From Prorocentrum cordatum (lineage: Eukaryota), in NCBI GenBank assembly GCA_963575745.1, contig CAUYUJ010000292.1:186001-250000 (forward strand): a DNA stretch of 64,000 bases, read 5' to 3'. A program made the translations under genes and the position numbers. The notes beneath the pieces were generated by a model. It was not told where the DNA came from. It did not search any database and saw only the letters and a program-made list of their open reading frames with translations. Shown here in pieces: positions 62,251-64,000 of this stretch. Within the stretch, counting starts at the first letter, position 1; each line of letters begins with the position of its first letter.

Positions 62251-64000
62251 CCCTTCCCGAGCGACCGAGGCCCGGGCTGGTGTGCATCAGCGTCCGCACG
62301 TGGGTGGCCACCGCCTGCGCAGCCAGCTGCACCCACCCCGTCGGCCCCTCCGCCTCCAGCCAGCCCCCCGGCTCCAGCCACGTCGTCTCCCCCCCACCAT
62401 TCCCCTCTCCTTCCCTCCCCCCCTCCTCTCAAGATCCTGCCTCCCCCCCCCCTCCCTCCTCCCTCCCTCCTGTCTCCCTCCTTGTCTCTGCGTTTCTTTT
62501 TCTCATCCCCGCTCCCCCTTTCCCTCACCTCCCCCGCCCCTGGGGCCCGGGAGCACCCGATTGGGTCCCTGCCCTGTCACTCAAAAAGACCCCCGGGCGC
62601 TGGGATTGTGGTCCCCGGTCCCTCGCCAGCCACCGCCTGGACCCAGCCACTTTGAGAACTGGCCCTGTGGCACTCCTGGCCTGGCTGTATTTTCTTATTG
62701 ATGACGAGCTCATGCATCACCGACGCCCGATTGTAAGGACGTCGCTGCACTCATTGCACCAGGGCCGCGGTCATCCACGAATACACCCGCTTGCGGCGAA
62801 GGACGAGGAGGAGGACCAGTGTAAATCCAAGACCTTTCAACGATGTCGCAACAAACCCTCCCTCCAAGTTGCCTCTTCAAGTGTCCCTGTAAAGGTTTGT
62901 TCTCACTCAAGGAAGTGCCTCGTTGGAAGATAACCGTCTGAACATCTTGAACCTTACCAAAACACAATTCCTAATCCTTCTACAGCGAAGCAACGTTAAT
63001 GTTGCGCCCTGACGGTCCTAAATCGTGCCAGAAAGCCGCTCCTGGGACTTCAACACCGCGAATCAACGTGTCTGTTGCGCCCTGACAGTCCTACACCGTG
63101 CCAAAGCATCATACCTAGGACGTCAACCATCAGAACCCTTAACGCTGCTGTAAACTCTTAAAACACATGTGCGCGGCGCTGAAGCGAAAACCAAACTGTG
63201 AAGAAGGAGCCGCCCTCCATTCATGAAGCTCTCGCAACCTTTCAAGACTAATGTGCACGGCGCTAAGGTGAGAGCCAAGTGCTGAAAACCGCCCGCCCTC
63301 CATCCGTGAAACTCTGGCAAACTTGAAAAGCGAATGTGCGCCGCCCGCCCTCCATCCGTGAAGCTCTTGCAAACTCTTAACACGAATGTGCGCGGCGCCA
63401 GAGCGAGAACTACACATCGTTCATTTCTAATCGTGCTCATTTCTAAGTGTGCTCGTTTCTGATTGTTCCTGGCCCCCGAGTGGCCAGGAAGAAGCCCAGG
63501 GTAGCACAATTAGAAATGAAAGAGGAACTTGGCCCCCCAAACAATCAAGGAATGTTCGAATACATAGAAGTGAGCAATGTGTGCATTTTTGAAGGCCGCC
63601 CGCCCTCCATCCGTGACGCTGTTCCAACTCTTGGAGCTCAGGGACCATATGTATGGTGGGAACATCTCCCGCGGAACGCCCGGCACGCCCTACGGGCACG
63701 CCTCGGGGCGCGACAGGGAGAACTCATCCAGAAGGGAACGGCCTGGAGGAGGAGGAGGAGGAGGAGGAGGAGGAGGAGGAGGAGGAGGAGGAGGAGAGGC
63801 AGGGCGAACACACAAACAGGGGCGGCCAGACATGCCTAAGGAGCGGGAGGGGGGAGACGGGGGTCGGTGGTCGCGTCGTCGGGGGTCGGGGCCGTGATCG
63901 CGGTCTCCGTTGCCGTGGTCGCAAGCGTCGCGGTCAATATGGCCCTGCTCGCCGCTGCTGCCGGGGTCGCTGCCGTACTAGTGGCGGTCATGCTGGATGG

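Noticed and set aside
43190..62330. Further candidate minus-strand micro-exons (~43195-43260, 55505-55570, 60530-60585, 62275-62315)
   Set aside because: They have plausible splice signals but cannot be joined into a recognisable protein without transcript data.

Overview
This is GC-rich, repeat-saturated eukaryotic DNA. A dinoflagellate (Prorocentrum-like) origin is inferred from GC/GA splice donors, AG|G exon junctions and the retroelement families present. Nearly all long ORFs in the supplied track are artefacts of microsatellites. Real content: (1) a decayed minus-strand copia-type LTR retrotransposon (~31.3-41.6 kb). Its polyprotein carries unusual cargo in the order RING finger - aspartic protease (split by a 2.5-kb TIR insertion) - dUTPase - unknown ~400 aa region - cytosine-C5-methyltransferase-like domain - Cys/His knuckle - integrase - RT - RNase H. 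This is the best candidate for an undescribed system. (2) A decayed LINE (APE endonuclease + RT) interrupted by a TIR element. (3) A probable host gene on the minus strand with small exons across ~15 kb (PH-like domain + coiled coil). (4) Two intronless degenerate genes of unknown family: one studded with a frame-independent CCGCAACTGCGG motif, the other downstream of a 90-bp satellite. (5) Many non-autonomous elements (10 copies of one MITE family, other MITEs with provable TSDs, Helentron-like elements), minisatellites, large microsatellites and one 100-N gap. No rRNA, tRNA or CRISPR array is supported. Domain calls rest on motif recognition by eye; no searches were run.
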